DNA of 64,000 bases from the human T2T-CHM13v2.0 reference genome, Homo sapiens. Below are positions 13,980-40,256 of the stretch, piece by piece. The stretch lies in assembly GCF_009914755.1 (NCBI RefSeq), contig NC_060935.1. One strand, 5' to 3'. The stretch's first letter is position 1; each line of letters begins with the position of its first letter. A program made the translations under genes and the position numbers. The notes under the pieces are model-generated. The model searched no databases. It worked only from the letters and a program-made list of their open reading frames with translations, and was not told the DNA's origin.

Positions 13980-14800
13980 CTCAGCGTCTTGCACTCTGTG
14001 CGTGCCCCATCCGCCGCTCCTCCTGTCCCGTTCCTCCTGCCTCTCTCAGCCCCACTCACTCTCCCACTGCCCCTCGTGCCCCCATCCAACCCTCCTCCTG
14101 CCCCCCAACCTCTGTCTCTCAGTCCCAAGCCAGTCAGGGAGCCCTGACAGCAGCTACCCGGACGGCAGTGCGAGCCCCTTACCCGGGCGCAGCAGGCCCC
14201 CGGCGGCCTGGTGGCCCTCGGACAGTAGGAAGGAGCCTGAGGCCCGGCGCGGGGACGTGGCCGGCAGCGCAACCCAGGCAGCTCCGGGCAGCGCGCCCTG
14301 CCCGGGCCCCGCCCAAACGCCGGAAATGACGTCACGGAGGGCGGGGCGGGCCTGCTGGCCGGGGCGAAGAGCGGCTGCGGCGGGGCCTGTGGCGAACGGA
14401 GGCGAGCCGGAAGTGGGGGGGTTGTCTGCTCTCAGGCCCCGCCTCCCCGGGGCCGGCTCGGGCCACTTCTTGCGCGCTGCCAGAAGGAGCTATTTTGAGC
14501 AGGTCTGTGGCGGAAGTGGGTGTTCCCGGGTCTCTGCTGCCCAGCTGTGCCCGCTGCCGTCTTGGGGTCCCGGGGTGCGCGGGTTGGGCTGGGTGAGCTC
14601 AGAGGCACCTTGTCGGCAGCCGAGCCTGAAGAGGCGACCTCGAAACGCCTCGTGAGACCTTTCGCGGGCACACGCCCTTCGCGTTCCTCCGCTTCCTCCC
14701 ACGTTTCTTCAGCCCCTGGCGGGGCGCTGGGGTGCCCGGTAGTTAAGGGTGGGGTGGCAGCGAGCGTTTCTGTGCACCCGCAGCGTGCCACGCCCGTGCT
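13980..14800. promoter_or_regulatory. CpG-island promoter of C11orf24
   Basis: High GC and CpG content. GC box 14307-14314, ETS-CRE composite CCGGAAATGACGTCA 14320-14334, ETS CCGGAAGT 14407-14414 and CGGAAGTG 14511-14518. Confidence 0.85.
14183..14300 (-). other. C11orf24: C11orf24 exon 1 (non-coding; TSS approximate)
   Basis: Donor CGG|GTAAGG at 14183/14182 inside the CpG island, just downstream of GC-box/ETS/CRE motifs. Confidence 0.7.
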
Positions 14801-14944
14801 AAGCACTTTGCCTATAGAGCCAGTGGCTTAATTCTGCAATAGCACAGTGAAGAACTTCGCCTCATTTTACAGACGTGGAAACAGGCTCATCAAGTGCTCT
14901 GTAATTGTAAAACCTGGGATAACAAAGGAGCAAAACGCAATTTA

Positions 14945-15350
<406 letters not shown>

Positions 15351-15794
15351 TCAGGCATCCCCCGGTCCAAACCAAAACCTGTCTGCGAAGGATGATTTCA
15401 CAGGAGCAAACCAAGACTTTATTTCCAGTTTTATAACCTGCCTTGGGGTCTTCGGCTAGGAAGCTAAGAGACACAGAAAGCTGAGATTGGGCAAAGACAG
15501 TATCTACCATCCACTCCGAGCTCTGGGAGCACCTGAAATGCGATTTGATGTCACCACCACCATCCCCAGTTCAACCACAGTTCATGTGTGGAATTTAACC
15601 TGCAAAGTTGGGTTTGCTGAGACCCAACGCCGGTTGGATCATGTGAAGATCAGATCCTTTCACTATGTATTTGCTTTAATTTTTCCAACTAGTTCGGATC
15701 TAACATGAAGTACAGTATTGAGGCTCACTCCAGAAGTGAAAATATACAATCGGCAGGCAGATTTTAGTTCTTTGCCTGCCCTTTTCAAAAATCA

Positions 15795-16113
<319 letters not shown>

Positions 16114-16244
16114 ATGACTGTGACTCTGTTTTCATTTCCTCTTTGGCAACATAGGGACAATTTTTACTGCTGGGGCTGAAATTACAAACATAAGACACAG
16201 CCTCTCCTCTAGAGCAGCTGGGCAGCTAGACCTCCATCTGCTTG

Positions 16245-16544
16245 CTTTTTTTTTTTTTTTTTAGACACGGAGTCTTGCTCTGTCGCCCAGGCTGGAGTGC
16301 AGTGGCGCCATCTCGGCTCACTGTAAGCCCCGCCTCACGGGTTCACGCCGTTCTTCTGCCTCAGCCTCCCGAGTAGCTGGGACTACAGGCGCCCGCCACC
16401 ACGCCCAGCTAATTTTTTGTATTTTTAGTAGAGACGGGGTTTCACCATGTTAGCCAGGATGGTCTTGATCTCCTGACCTAGTGATCCGCCCGCCTTGGAC
16501 TCCCAAAGTGTTGGGATTACAGGCGTGAGCCACCGCGCCCAGCC
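16245..16544 (-). mobile_element. AluY inserted in a MER58-like fragment (~16215-16706)
   Basis: AluY-type sequence, TSD ccatctgctt; flanking aaaatatttactctctggccctttacag is typical of MER58. Confidence 0.8.
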
Positions 16545-17202
16545 CATCTGCTTTCTTAAATTTCTATTGGAACAGAGTCATGCCTCTTCATTAGGTATTA
16601 TCTGATGATAAAAGGGCACAGTCGACTAGTTGTAGAGACTATATGGCTCACAAGTCCTAAAATATTTACTCTCTGGCCCTTTACAGAATCTATTTGCTGA
16701 TCTCCAGTCTAGAGTGTTACTGATGGGTTTCTGACACAGAAATATCTGGCTGAGATGGTCCAACATACCGGGAAACTCATTCTCTCCTATGAGAAAGTCA
16801 TATTCTCTGATAGCATCTTTGGTCACCTGAAACCTAGTGTCCATTGAAGGCACAGCTCTGGGAACTGCAAAACTGTTCTGTGGAGTGTTATGGAGAGTAA
16901 AGCCAGGCAGACCAGCTGCTTCTGAGGGCTGTGGATAAAATAGAGAATGATACACTTACATCCTCTACCTTTTGTTTCCAGGCACAGATCATTTCAGGTG
17001 CCTTCTGTGCAGAAATAGCTGAATAAACTTGGAGCTTGGTCTCTTTGTTGTTGAATTTACAATGTTATTTGAATGTAAGACCTTGTAGATATGACATTTG
17101 AAAGTTAGGGCTCTGGAATGGCACTGCCTGGCTTCAGATCCTTCATTTTTTTGCTAAATGACAACAAACAAGAGGCTTAGGCTCTGTGCCTCCGTTTCAT
17201 CA

Positions 17203-18766
<1,564 letters not shown>

Positions 18767-18878
18767 ATGCTAAAACAGAGGAGTAATAGGACCTGCCTCA
18801 TCAGATGGCTATGGGAATTCAATGATATATGAGTGCATGTAAATTGCTTATAATGGGGCATTACACAGAGAGGACTGA

Positions 18879-19227
<349 letters not shown>

Positions 19228-19779
19228 TGATTACAAAAGAGCAGGACTCTGGTATTTGGAAGAGGATTCTCTAGAGTTTGGAACAACTTGAAGTCCCTGA
19301 GTCCCAAACCATTCCGAACCCCTCCACGGTGCCACCTTCGTCACACCAGGCAGAAGCCCTTCCCTTGTCACCGGAAACTCCCTCTGGAAGGAGCTGTTCT
19401 CTGTCATTAAAGGGAGTTCCCTTTCAGGAGGAAGCCAATACTCCCCTTCATGCTCCACCCTTTATTGTCATTATTTGAAAATAGAAGGTTTATTTTTATG
19501 TTCTGAACACAAAACTAAGAATATTACAATTATGAGAATTTTGAGAATAAAAGTGAATAATTGATGGGGATAGGAGTAAAATTAAATATGCATTATTGGT
19601 CTGAGCCTCCTGACATGTCTCTTATAATGTTCAGAAGTATTAATTTGGTTTTCGGGTATTCACCATGGATGGCCAGGGGAAAATTCTTAAGGCTACTACG
19701 GACTTACTCTGAGTTTTTTTATTTCAATTTTTTTAAAGCATATTAATTTCAATAAATTGTTACTTAATTTAGTTCACAT

Positions 19780-24128
<4,349 letters not shown>

Positions 24129-25849
24129 TGAAAAAGAGTGTTTTAAAATAGAAAACTGTTTTTTAGGAGAAATGCTCTTTAGCAACAACAACAACAACAA
24201 AAAAAACCCAACTTAATCCCAATACACATTTTAAAGTAGTATATAGCATGCAATAGCTGAGGTATAAACCTTCCTATCCATTCCTTATTAAATTATTGCC
24301 GGAAGTTCAAGTCACTCCACTCAAAAGGACTTCACATAAGTGGGAAAATCGTTCTTTGAGAAGAAGGTATATGATTTGATATTGTTTTGCCTAGAGAAGA
24401 AAAAGAAACAAACCCATTAGAGTGTTGCAGAACCTGAATGGTTTTTCAAGAATTATGTTGATCAACTTTCTGTGTAGAGTAGCAAATAACAAGTGTCACC
24501 GATTTGAACAATAGTGTATTTGGGAAATAGAGAAAGGGCTGCTTCCTGTCCTTTGAGATCTTCACAGCAACCACAAACCCTATCTTGTCATCTGTGTTCC
24601 GGCATGCCCAGGCACATTTGACCAATTCTAAACGCTAAACGTTACTCCAGCACCCAAGTGTAACCCGTCACGAGGTGAGTCACAATGAATCCTAACCAGG
24701 ACCCCAGTGGGAAATGTGCCTCCCCTTTAGATTTCTGATTTCACTTCAGTTTCCCGGTAGCACTTATGGTGTCATTGATCACCCCTCCCCACCCCCCATC
24801 TCTTTCACAATTTTGTCTTCCGTGGGTCACGTATGTTTTGGAGATGTCTGACTTTCCCAAGAGCTGGTGTTGAATTTCCACCCAGTGTTTCCAGGACGGC
24901 AGCCTGTGTGAAGTGCTAGGGAAAGCCTTTTCATGCCTTGAAAAATACACACAAGTATTTCTCTTCCTGAGCTTCAAGGAGACTCTGCATTCAAAAGACC
25001 ACTCCCGGGCACTGCCTTCTACCAACTTCCCCATCCAACTCTGATTGCATCGGACCACTGTCTTCCCTCCATGCCTCCAGCCCTGAGGTTGTCAACGGGG
25101 TGCTCCAGCCTCCATGTGCACCCTGTGACTTCTTTCATCCTAGTCCTTCTGACCCTCGTGGCTTCTCCTGCTCCAAGGCCAAGCTCGGGACCCTGTCATC
25201 ATCCCCGGGGACAGGCCCCATCTTAGAGAGGATCCACCCAGCTCCCCGCTCCTGAGCCATCTTCCAGCTATCCCGCCTCGAGACTCCCACCGCACCTGCT
25301 CCTGGGCTGCAGCTGCACCCAACAAGTAAGTCATTCTCTTGCCAATAGAGTGTCTTCCACGTCCTTGTCCTTCCCACACTCCCCTTGGCAACCCCACCCC
25401 GCCGGATGAATCCAGATGCCCACCTTCATGCCTGCCCCTGGGTGGGTGCTGAGGGAGACCCGTGGCTTTTTCCCGCAACCAGGCCTTCTGCGCTGCCAGA
25501 AACCCCATGCTCACCTGGCATGGCGCTCGCACCCAGCCCCCTCCACCATTTTCGAACCCACCTCATTCTCTTTCAGCAGGTCTTGCCTCTTTCTTCAACG
25601 AGAAAATAGCAGCCCTGTCATGGGAACTCCCTTAACTCCCTTCCTCCCTGCCTGCACGAGGCCTGAAGAAACACACGTCCATCCTTTTCTCCTCCCTTCC
25701 AGTAGCATTGGAAGAGGTGTTCTCACCAGTGAAATATCTTCTCACCTGAGATGTGGGTTCTATCCCCCACAATCTCCTGGGGAACTTTATCCCACTGATT
25801 AACTACTGCCTCTCCGGGACGTCCCACCTGTCTCTACTGGAATCTTACC

Positions 25850-26642
<793 letters not shown>

Positions 26643-26898
26643 CTAGTCAAACTTGTTTCATTTTGAGCAGCGTATGAATGAATCGTGCTGCATGCATCCT
26701 TCTGTGCCTGGCTTCCCATGCTCTTCATCATGCTTTGGTTGTTATATGTAGCTGTAACTTGTTTATATTTATTGCTGTTTGGCATGTCATTATGTGAATG
26801 ATCACGATTTGTTTATCTGTTTCCCTGTAGGTCAACATGTGGATTGCTTCTAGAATTTGGATATTATGAACACTGCTGTGCTGAACATTCTTGTACAC

Positions 26899-27262
26899 TT
26901 ATATGGTTTGGCTGTGTCCCCACCCAAATCTCATCTTGAATTGTAGCTCCCATAATTCCTATGTGTCGTGGGAGGGACCCAATGGGAGGTAATTGAATCA
27001 TAGGGGCAGGTCTTTCCCCTGCTGTCCTTATGATAGTGAATAAGTCTCATGAGATCTGATGGTTTTATACATGGGAGTTCCCCTGCACAAGCCCTCTTGT
27101 CTGCCGCCATGTAAGATGTGCCTTTGCTTCTCCTCTGCCTTCCACCATGATTGTGAGGACTCCCCAACCATGTGGAACTGTGAGTCCATTAAACCTCTTT
27201 CCTTTGTAAATTACCCAGTCTTGGGTCTGTCTTTATTAGCCGCATGAGAACATACCAATTTA
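26899..27262 (+). mobile_element. Solo THE1 (THE1B-like) MaLR LTR inside antisense L1M
   Basis: atatggtttggctgtgtccccacccaaatctcatcttgaattgtagctcccataatt...; 5-bp TSD TACAC (26894-26898, 27263-27267). Confidence 0.88.
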
Positions 27263-27848
27263 TACACATCTTCTGGAACCCATTTCTTTCTGGTAGGTAC
27301 TAGGAGTGACACTGTCAGGCTGTAGGATATAAGATGCTTCAACCTTATAAGATAATGCCAACGGAGTGTATGAAAGCCCCATTATGCTACATCTACCCTA
27401 TTCTTGGTATTGTCAGACTTTTAAATGTTTGCTTCTCTGGTTGATACGTAATAGAATTTTGTTGTGGTTTTAATTTGCATTTTTAAAATTCCTAATGAGG
27501 ATGGGCACCATTTCTTGTATCTGTTAACCATTTGGATTTCTCTCTTACAAAATACCCGTTCAAGAGTTTTAATTTTTCTACTGAGTCTTCTGGATTTTTC
27601 TCACAGACTTGCAGGGGTCCTTTGTGGATTATATATTCTGGACATGAGGGTTGTCAGTTACATTTGTTGTAAATATCTTTTCCTACTCTATGGCCAGTCT
27701 TTTTGCTCTCTTTATATATCTTTTTTTTTTGGTAGAGATTTTTAAAAGATAAATAATAAATTGATAAACGAGAATGGAACACAAACTCTTAAGTAATGGT
27801 TGTAATGGACTGTAGCCCATTGACTAAAATCAGAATCTTTTGAGTCTA

Positions 27849-29396
<1,548 letters not shown>

Positions 29397-29964
29397 TTAA
29401 CTTTCAATCCTCCCCGCTCCTTAAGGTATGCACATATGAGTATACTTTTCGTCTATATACTGTTCAGCTGCACCCCACAGTTTTGGGGTATAGTATTCTC
29501 ATTATTTTTCAGTTCAAGGTATTTCTAAATTCCTATTTGAATTAATCTCTGATCCATTTGTTATTTCAAAGTGTATATTAAAATTTCCAGATACATGGGG
29601 TTTTTCTAGCTTTTTGTTTTCAATTTCTAGGTTAACTGTACTTACGGTCAGAAAACACGGTCTGTTATTTTACTCCTGTGAGATTTGTTGAAACTGCTTT
29701 ATGGTCCACCATATGGTCACTTTATATAAATGTTCTGAGTATGCTTGAAAAAGTGTGTGTTCTGCAGGGTTCTAGACGTGTAAATCAAGTCAAGTTTGTT
29801 AATTACGTTGTTCAAATCTTCTACATCCTTACTGATTTTTTTTGTCTACTTGTTTTATCAGTTACTGAAAGTGAAGTGTTCAAATCTTCTGCTTGATTAC
29901 GGATTTTCTATTTATCCTTGATGCTCTATCAATTTTTGCTTTACTTACTGCCTTATCTACAGTA

Positions 29965-30585
29965 CACAGCCCATGTAGCCAGTCTGCTGAAAGTTAGACT
30001 TGCAGGAAGCCAGATTACTACGTCCAGTAACAATCGAGGAAGCTAAACAATAACTTTTTTTTTTTTTTTGAGATGAAATTGGGCACGATCTTGGCTCACT
30101 GCAACCTCCGCCTCCCCAGGTTCAACTGATTCTCCTGCCTCAGCGTCCCGAGTAGCTGGGATTATAGGCATGCACCACCACGCCCAGCTAATTTTTGTAT
30201 TTTTAGTAGAGATGGGATTTCGCCAGGTTAGCCAGGCTAACTCCTGACCTCCCAAATCCTCCCTCCTTCCTGATCCACCCACGTTGAACTCTGAAAGGGC
30301 TAGGATTACAGGCATGAGCCACCGCACCTGGCCAAAACAATAACTTCTATCACAACCAGTCCACTACTGCCAGAACGTGATGAATAACTAACAGCTTCCC
30401 TAATTTTTGTCCCTGCTTCCAACTTAGGATCACCCAGGGAAAGCCAAAGATGCACCCATAGTCAACCACATAGTACCCCCTATCTCTAGTTAGCCCACCT
30501 TCAGCACCATGCCAATAGGGCAGACTTAGAGCGTTCCTTTTTGTCCACTATAAAGCTTTCCCACTTTTTTGCCTATCTTTGAGTC
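29965..30585 (+). mobile_element. ERV1-type LTR fragment interrupted by antisense Alu (30055-30333)
   Basis: TSD aaacaataactt around the Alu; LTR-like ctataaagcttt TATA region. Subfamily uncertain. Confidence 0.45.
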
Positions 30586-32054
30586 TCTCTCTCTCTCTCT
30601 CTTTTTTTTTTTTTTTGAGACAAGGTCTCACTCTGTTGCCCAGATTGGAGTGCAGGGGTGCGATCATGGTTCACAGTGTGATCAAACTCCTGGGCTCAAG
30701 TGATCCTCCTGCCTCTGCAAGCAATCCATTTCTAACACTGTACATCCTGTCCATACAAAAAAAAATTAAAAATTAGTTGGCATGGTGGTGTGCACCCGAA
30801 TCCCAGCTACTCAGGAGCTGAGGTAGGAGGATCTCTTGAACCCAGGAGGTTGAGATCAGCCCTGGCAACATAGTGAGAGCCCTATCTCTACTGAAAAAAA
30901 AAATAGCCAAGCATGGTGGCATGTGCCTGTACTCCCAGCTACTCAGGAGGCTGAGGCAGGAGGATCACTTGAGCCTGGGAGGGCTGCAGTGAGCCATGAT
31001 CATGTCACTGCACTCCAGCCTGGGCAACAGAGCGAGACCTTATCTCAAAATAAAAATGATGATAATAATAATAATAACGATGATAGGACTTCCAGAGGAA
31101 GAAGGGGAAATAGAGGCAGCTGAGGTCATTGGAGAAATGAAGCCCTAGCCTCATCCTCTGGGAGGTCCTCCATGTCCAGTGTCCTCCAGGGCCACATCTG
31201 AAGTGTATACTGGGGACTAGGAACTAGGTCCACCTTAGAGGATGAACAGCTTTGACAGCCCACTTCCTGCCCATGCAAGTTTAGGGGCCTAAAGATTGTT
31301 TTTGTTTTAATGCCTAATCAGTATAGAGTCTGCTTTCATGACTTCTTTGGCAATGCAATTCCCTCGAAGAAGTGGTAGACATCTGATCTGTTTGTTTCCA
31401 GTTCGTTTGCATGTGCAAGTAATCAGAGCCCAAACTCTCCTAAACGAAATGCTCAAACTTGATTTTACTTCTCTGCCTCCTCATCACCACAGGCTTCTCA
31501 TTTCATTTCGGGTTAGCCCACCTGGTCTTTGTTACCGCGCTGAGTGTTAATCGGCCTTTACCACTCAAAGGCTTGTTTTCAGCGTTGTTTTCATATACGG
31601 TGTCTAGAAGCAACTGGATTTTTCTTAACCTGCATGGGCACAAATGTCTGGACTCTGTTTATTACCTTTCACTTTTACTTGAAGATGGTCCAGTTGCTGC
31701 CCAAGAATATCTCTTTTGTTTAATATTTGGCTAAATGCAACTGGCAAGAACCAAGGTCCACTGTTAGTATTCTGTTTTATACTATTTTCCCCTATGTCTA
31801 CAGGCTCTGTAAGTATGTGGTTGACTTTCCAAGTCATCATGACAGACAGCTGGATCAAATGGTTGCCAATGTATTACATGGCGTGATGTCAGGTTCCACA
31901 CAGCCTACTGCCTGACTTCTGAGCCAGTATCACATGATTTATTTATTTCTTTTTATTTATTAACAGTAGCACCCCACTTCTGATACTAATTCCAGTATTA
32001 GGACAATGCTATATGCTATCACAGTAGCTTAACGCAACTGGACTTTAATGTTAC

Positions 32055-32880
32055 AAAACTCAGAAAGTTCATTCACATGCTTTCAGATTCCACACTACAC
32101 CTAACCTGTATTTACTACAACTTTTTGCATTCTGGTTTTGTAACAGCAGGTTGTCCATAGTTGTTTGAAGAGAGAATCAAAATACTCTTGCCTTTCCAAC
32201 TACACAACTGTATGAGGCCACATTTTCTTTACAAACTTCAACCAACACAACATTTTGCAATAACTTGAATGCAGAAACAAATATGAGAAGGCAGGCATTA
32301 AAGACATTCACAAAAATTTAGGCCAGACGCAGTGGCTCAAGCCTGTAATCCCAGCACTTTGGGAGGCTGAGGCGGGTGGATCACAAGGTCAGGAGATCAA
32401 GACCATCCTGGCTAACACGGTGAAACTCCATCTCTACTAAAAATACAAAAAATTAGCCGGGCGTGGTGGCAGGCACCTGCAGTCCCAGCTACTCAGGAGG
32501 CTGAGGCAGGAGAATGGTGTGAACCTGGGAGGCAGAGCTTGCAGTGAGCCGAGATCACACCACTGCACTCCAGCCTGGGCGACAGAATAAGATTCCATCT
32601 AAAAACAAAAAATAAACAAAAAAAATTATACATGCCACTCTTCTCACTAATTTTTGTTTTGATAAATATAGCTATTTTTCATAAAATACATGATTTATGT
32701 TAGCATGTAATGGGTTTATCCTTGTTATTTTAAATGAATAAATAATTTAAAATTTTTTCAGTTTAATTTTTGATATGGTAAATATTAAAAGATGGAACCT
32801 GTAGAAGCCTTTTTTTGGGATCCTCAAAACGTTTTAAGAGTATAAAGGGCTCCTGAGACCAAAAAGGTTGAGAACCAGTG
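32055..32880 (+). mobile_element. Charlie1-like hAT DNA transposon 3' part with AluY (32321-32625)
   Basis: Ends gggctcctgagaccaaaaaggttgagaaccagtg; internal ttgaatgcagaa..atatgagaa. Confidence 0.6.
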
Positions 32881-33356
32881 CTTTAAAGCTTGATGTTTCT
32901 CAGGGTTTCATCCTTTGTGGATTAATGCCCATTATAAAATGGCTTGGCAAAGGGAGTTCATTCCTTTTAGCGCTTCCATCTTCTGCAGTGAGAGGACACC
33001 GCATTCTTCTTCTCCAGAGGATGCAGCAGCAAGGCGCCATCTTGAAACCAGAGACCAAACCAACCAGCAACTTCGTCTTGAACTTCCCAGCCTCCACAAC
33101 TGTAAGAATACATTTTTTTTCATGTATCATGTATCGGTCTCAGCTAGTCTGTGATAGCAGCACAAAACAGACTAAGATACCAGTCCTCCTCAAAACTGTC
33201 AAGGTCAACAAAAACAAGGAAAGTCTGAGGAACTCTTCCCGTCAAGGGGAGCCTGTGAAGACCTGATGGCGAGGGGTAATGTTGCTTTCTGGATGGGATC
33301 CTGAACCAGAAGAAGGACGTTAGGTAAAAAGGAAGGATATCTAAAGAAAGTATGGA

Positions 33357-38356
<5,000 letters not shown>

Positions 38357-39681
38357 TCCATTATCTTAATTAAAACCATAAGCACTGGCTTCTGTTTCTC
38401 CAACTTTCAGCCTCACCTTCAGCAACCTTACTGAAAGGAACACAGGGCTGTCCCAGGCCATTTGCACATTTCCTGGACACTTCCTCAGACCGAGCCCAGC
38501 TTATTGAGCTTATTGGGGCTGGCAAGGGGTGAGTGGGTGAGAATCCTGATTGCATCTCTTCTGCCCACAACTTATCCACCGCTGAGGGTCCTAAGCCACT
38601 AAGGAGAGTGTAGGCCAGGCCAACGGTGGAATTCTGCCCAGAACTTTTCTTCCAAGGAGATCCGGCAAACCTGACGGGGGTTGTTGGGGAGGGTAGGCCA
38701 TCCCTGAGTGTCTATCGTCAGCCCCCACCCTGGCTGAGGGATGTGAGAGGGAGTTAACATGAACTCTCTTGACTCTACATAGGTGGCTCCAGCAGCAGTC
38801 TGTGCAGGACCCTGTGAGCAGAGCCGCAGGTGCATATCTCAGCTCCTGGCTCTGCAGCTGACGCAGGCTGTGGCCCCAGGCCAGGCGCTTCACCTCTCTG
38901 AGCCTCAGCTTTACAGAATGGGTTGGTTACAGAGCTACCTGCTGGGGTGCCTGGGTGCTCAGTGGCTAGCACAGATCTGCAGATGTCCAGTCTCTGATGT
39001 TGGCCAAGGGAAAATGTGCCCGCCTGTAAAATTGCAAGCAGACCAGGAAGCCTCGGTCCTGAGAAGCTGTCCCAGTCCTGAGAAGCTCACAGGCTGGGGG
39101 GACTCTCAGAAGCAATCATGCAGGGAAGTGCTCAGCAGAGGCAGAAACCCGGAGGACGGGCTGGGCAGAGCCTCACAGGGGCCCTGACTCTCAGCTGGGT
39201 GGAGAGGCAGGGCAAAGTATTCAGGGTACAGGGAGTGGCACTGCGAGGCACAGCGGCACGAGGGTGACAGCAGGCCCAGGGAGGGCTCAGCAGGAGGAAA
39301 GCTGGGCTGTGTTAAACCAGGAACAGGAGGAGGTGCGAATGCAGTCACCGGAAGCAGGTCCGATGAAGAGGCCTCGAAGTCCACCCCACAGAGTCAGGAC
39401 TTAACTTTGCACACAATCTGCCAACTTGGGTGGCAGAAGTTATTCCCACGCAGCAGTGCCAGGCTTGGACGAGGACTCACCCAGGTGGTAATGAGGGCCC
39501 TCCTTCGAGCTCAGGCCAGGAAGCAGCAGCCCTGACCACCGCTGCTAACCCAGCCTGGGGCCCTCTGTGTCCAGTAATACTTCATATTTGCTACCCGGTC
39601 ATCTTACTTAATTCCCAGCACAGCCAAGCTAGGCAGCTATCATTATTCCTGCTGGCACAGGTTAGAAAACTGAGGTCTCTG

Positions 39682-39980
39682 CTGGGTGCGGTGGCTCATG
39701 CCAGTAATCCCAGCACTTTGGGAGGCTGAGGCAGGAAGATCCGGTGAACTCAGGAGTTTGAGACCAGCCTGGGCAATACGGCGAAATCCCGTCTCTACAA
39801 AAAAATACAAAAATTAGCCGGCTGTGGTGACACATACCTGGGGTCCCAGCTACGCAGGAGGCTGAGCTGGGAGGATCACTTGAACCTGGGAGGCAGCAGT
39901 GAGCCAAGATCGTGCCACGGCACTCCAGTCTGGGCCACAGAGCAAGACCCTGTCTCAAAAAAAAAGGAAAAAAGGAAAAA
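39682..39980 (+). mobile_element. AluJ inside MIR
   Basis: Alu motifs; gaaaactgaggtct MIR core upstream. Confidence 0.8.
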
Positions 39981-40237
39981 CAGGTTTCCAAGGGTTCAAC
40001 AACCCGCCCAGGGCCATGCAGTGAGCGGGAAGAAGGGTGGAACCGTGTCCAGTGATCTCGGAGCCCACGTTCTTTCCCTTCATCTTAACAGCATCCAGTG
40101 TGTGCAGCTGCCACTCCCCTGGCCACGTCCATCTTCCACGCCCTCCCACGCAGCCCCCTCCGCCCTCCTCCCCGAGTTTCTTCTTCTTGGCCTGGGACGG
40201 ATACTGAGCGCCGGAGAGAGCCCGGCCGGGCGGGACG

Positions 40238-40256
40238 CTGCTGCCCCCTCGTGGCC
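40238..40256 (-). promoter_or_regulatory. Candidate CTCF site
   Basis: Reverse complement GGCCACGAGGGGGCAGCAG closely matches the CTCF core; it lies in a local CpG-rich patch. Confidence 0.6.

Noticed and set aside
13640-14831. Overlapping 100-230 aa ORFs at the C11orf24 promoter
   Set aside because: CpG-island artefacts with low-complexity Pro/Arg/Gly content.
15752-15790. 10-bp stem hairpin followed by a T-run (terminator-like)
   Set aside because: Intrinsic terminators are irrelevant in human intergenic DNA; too short for a pre-miRNA; likely chance.
24598-24620. Possible p53 response element CGGCATGCCC AGGCACATTT
   Set aside because: The second half-site lacks the CWWG core.
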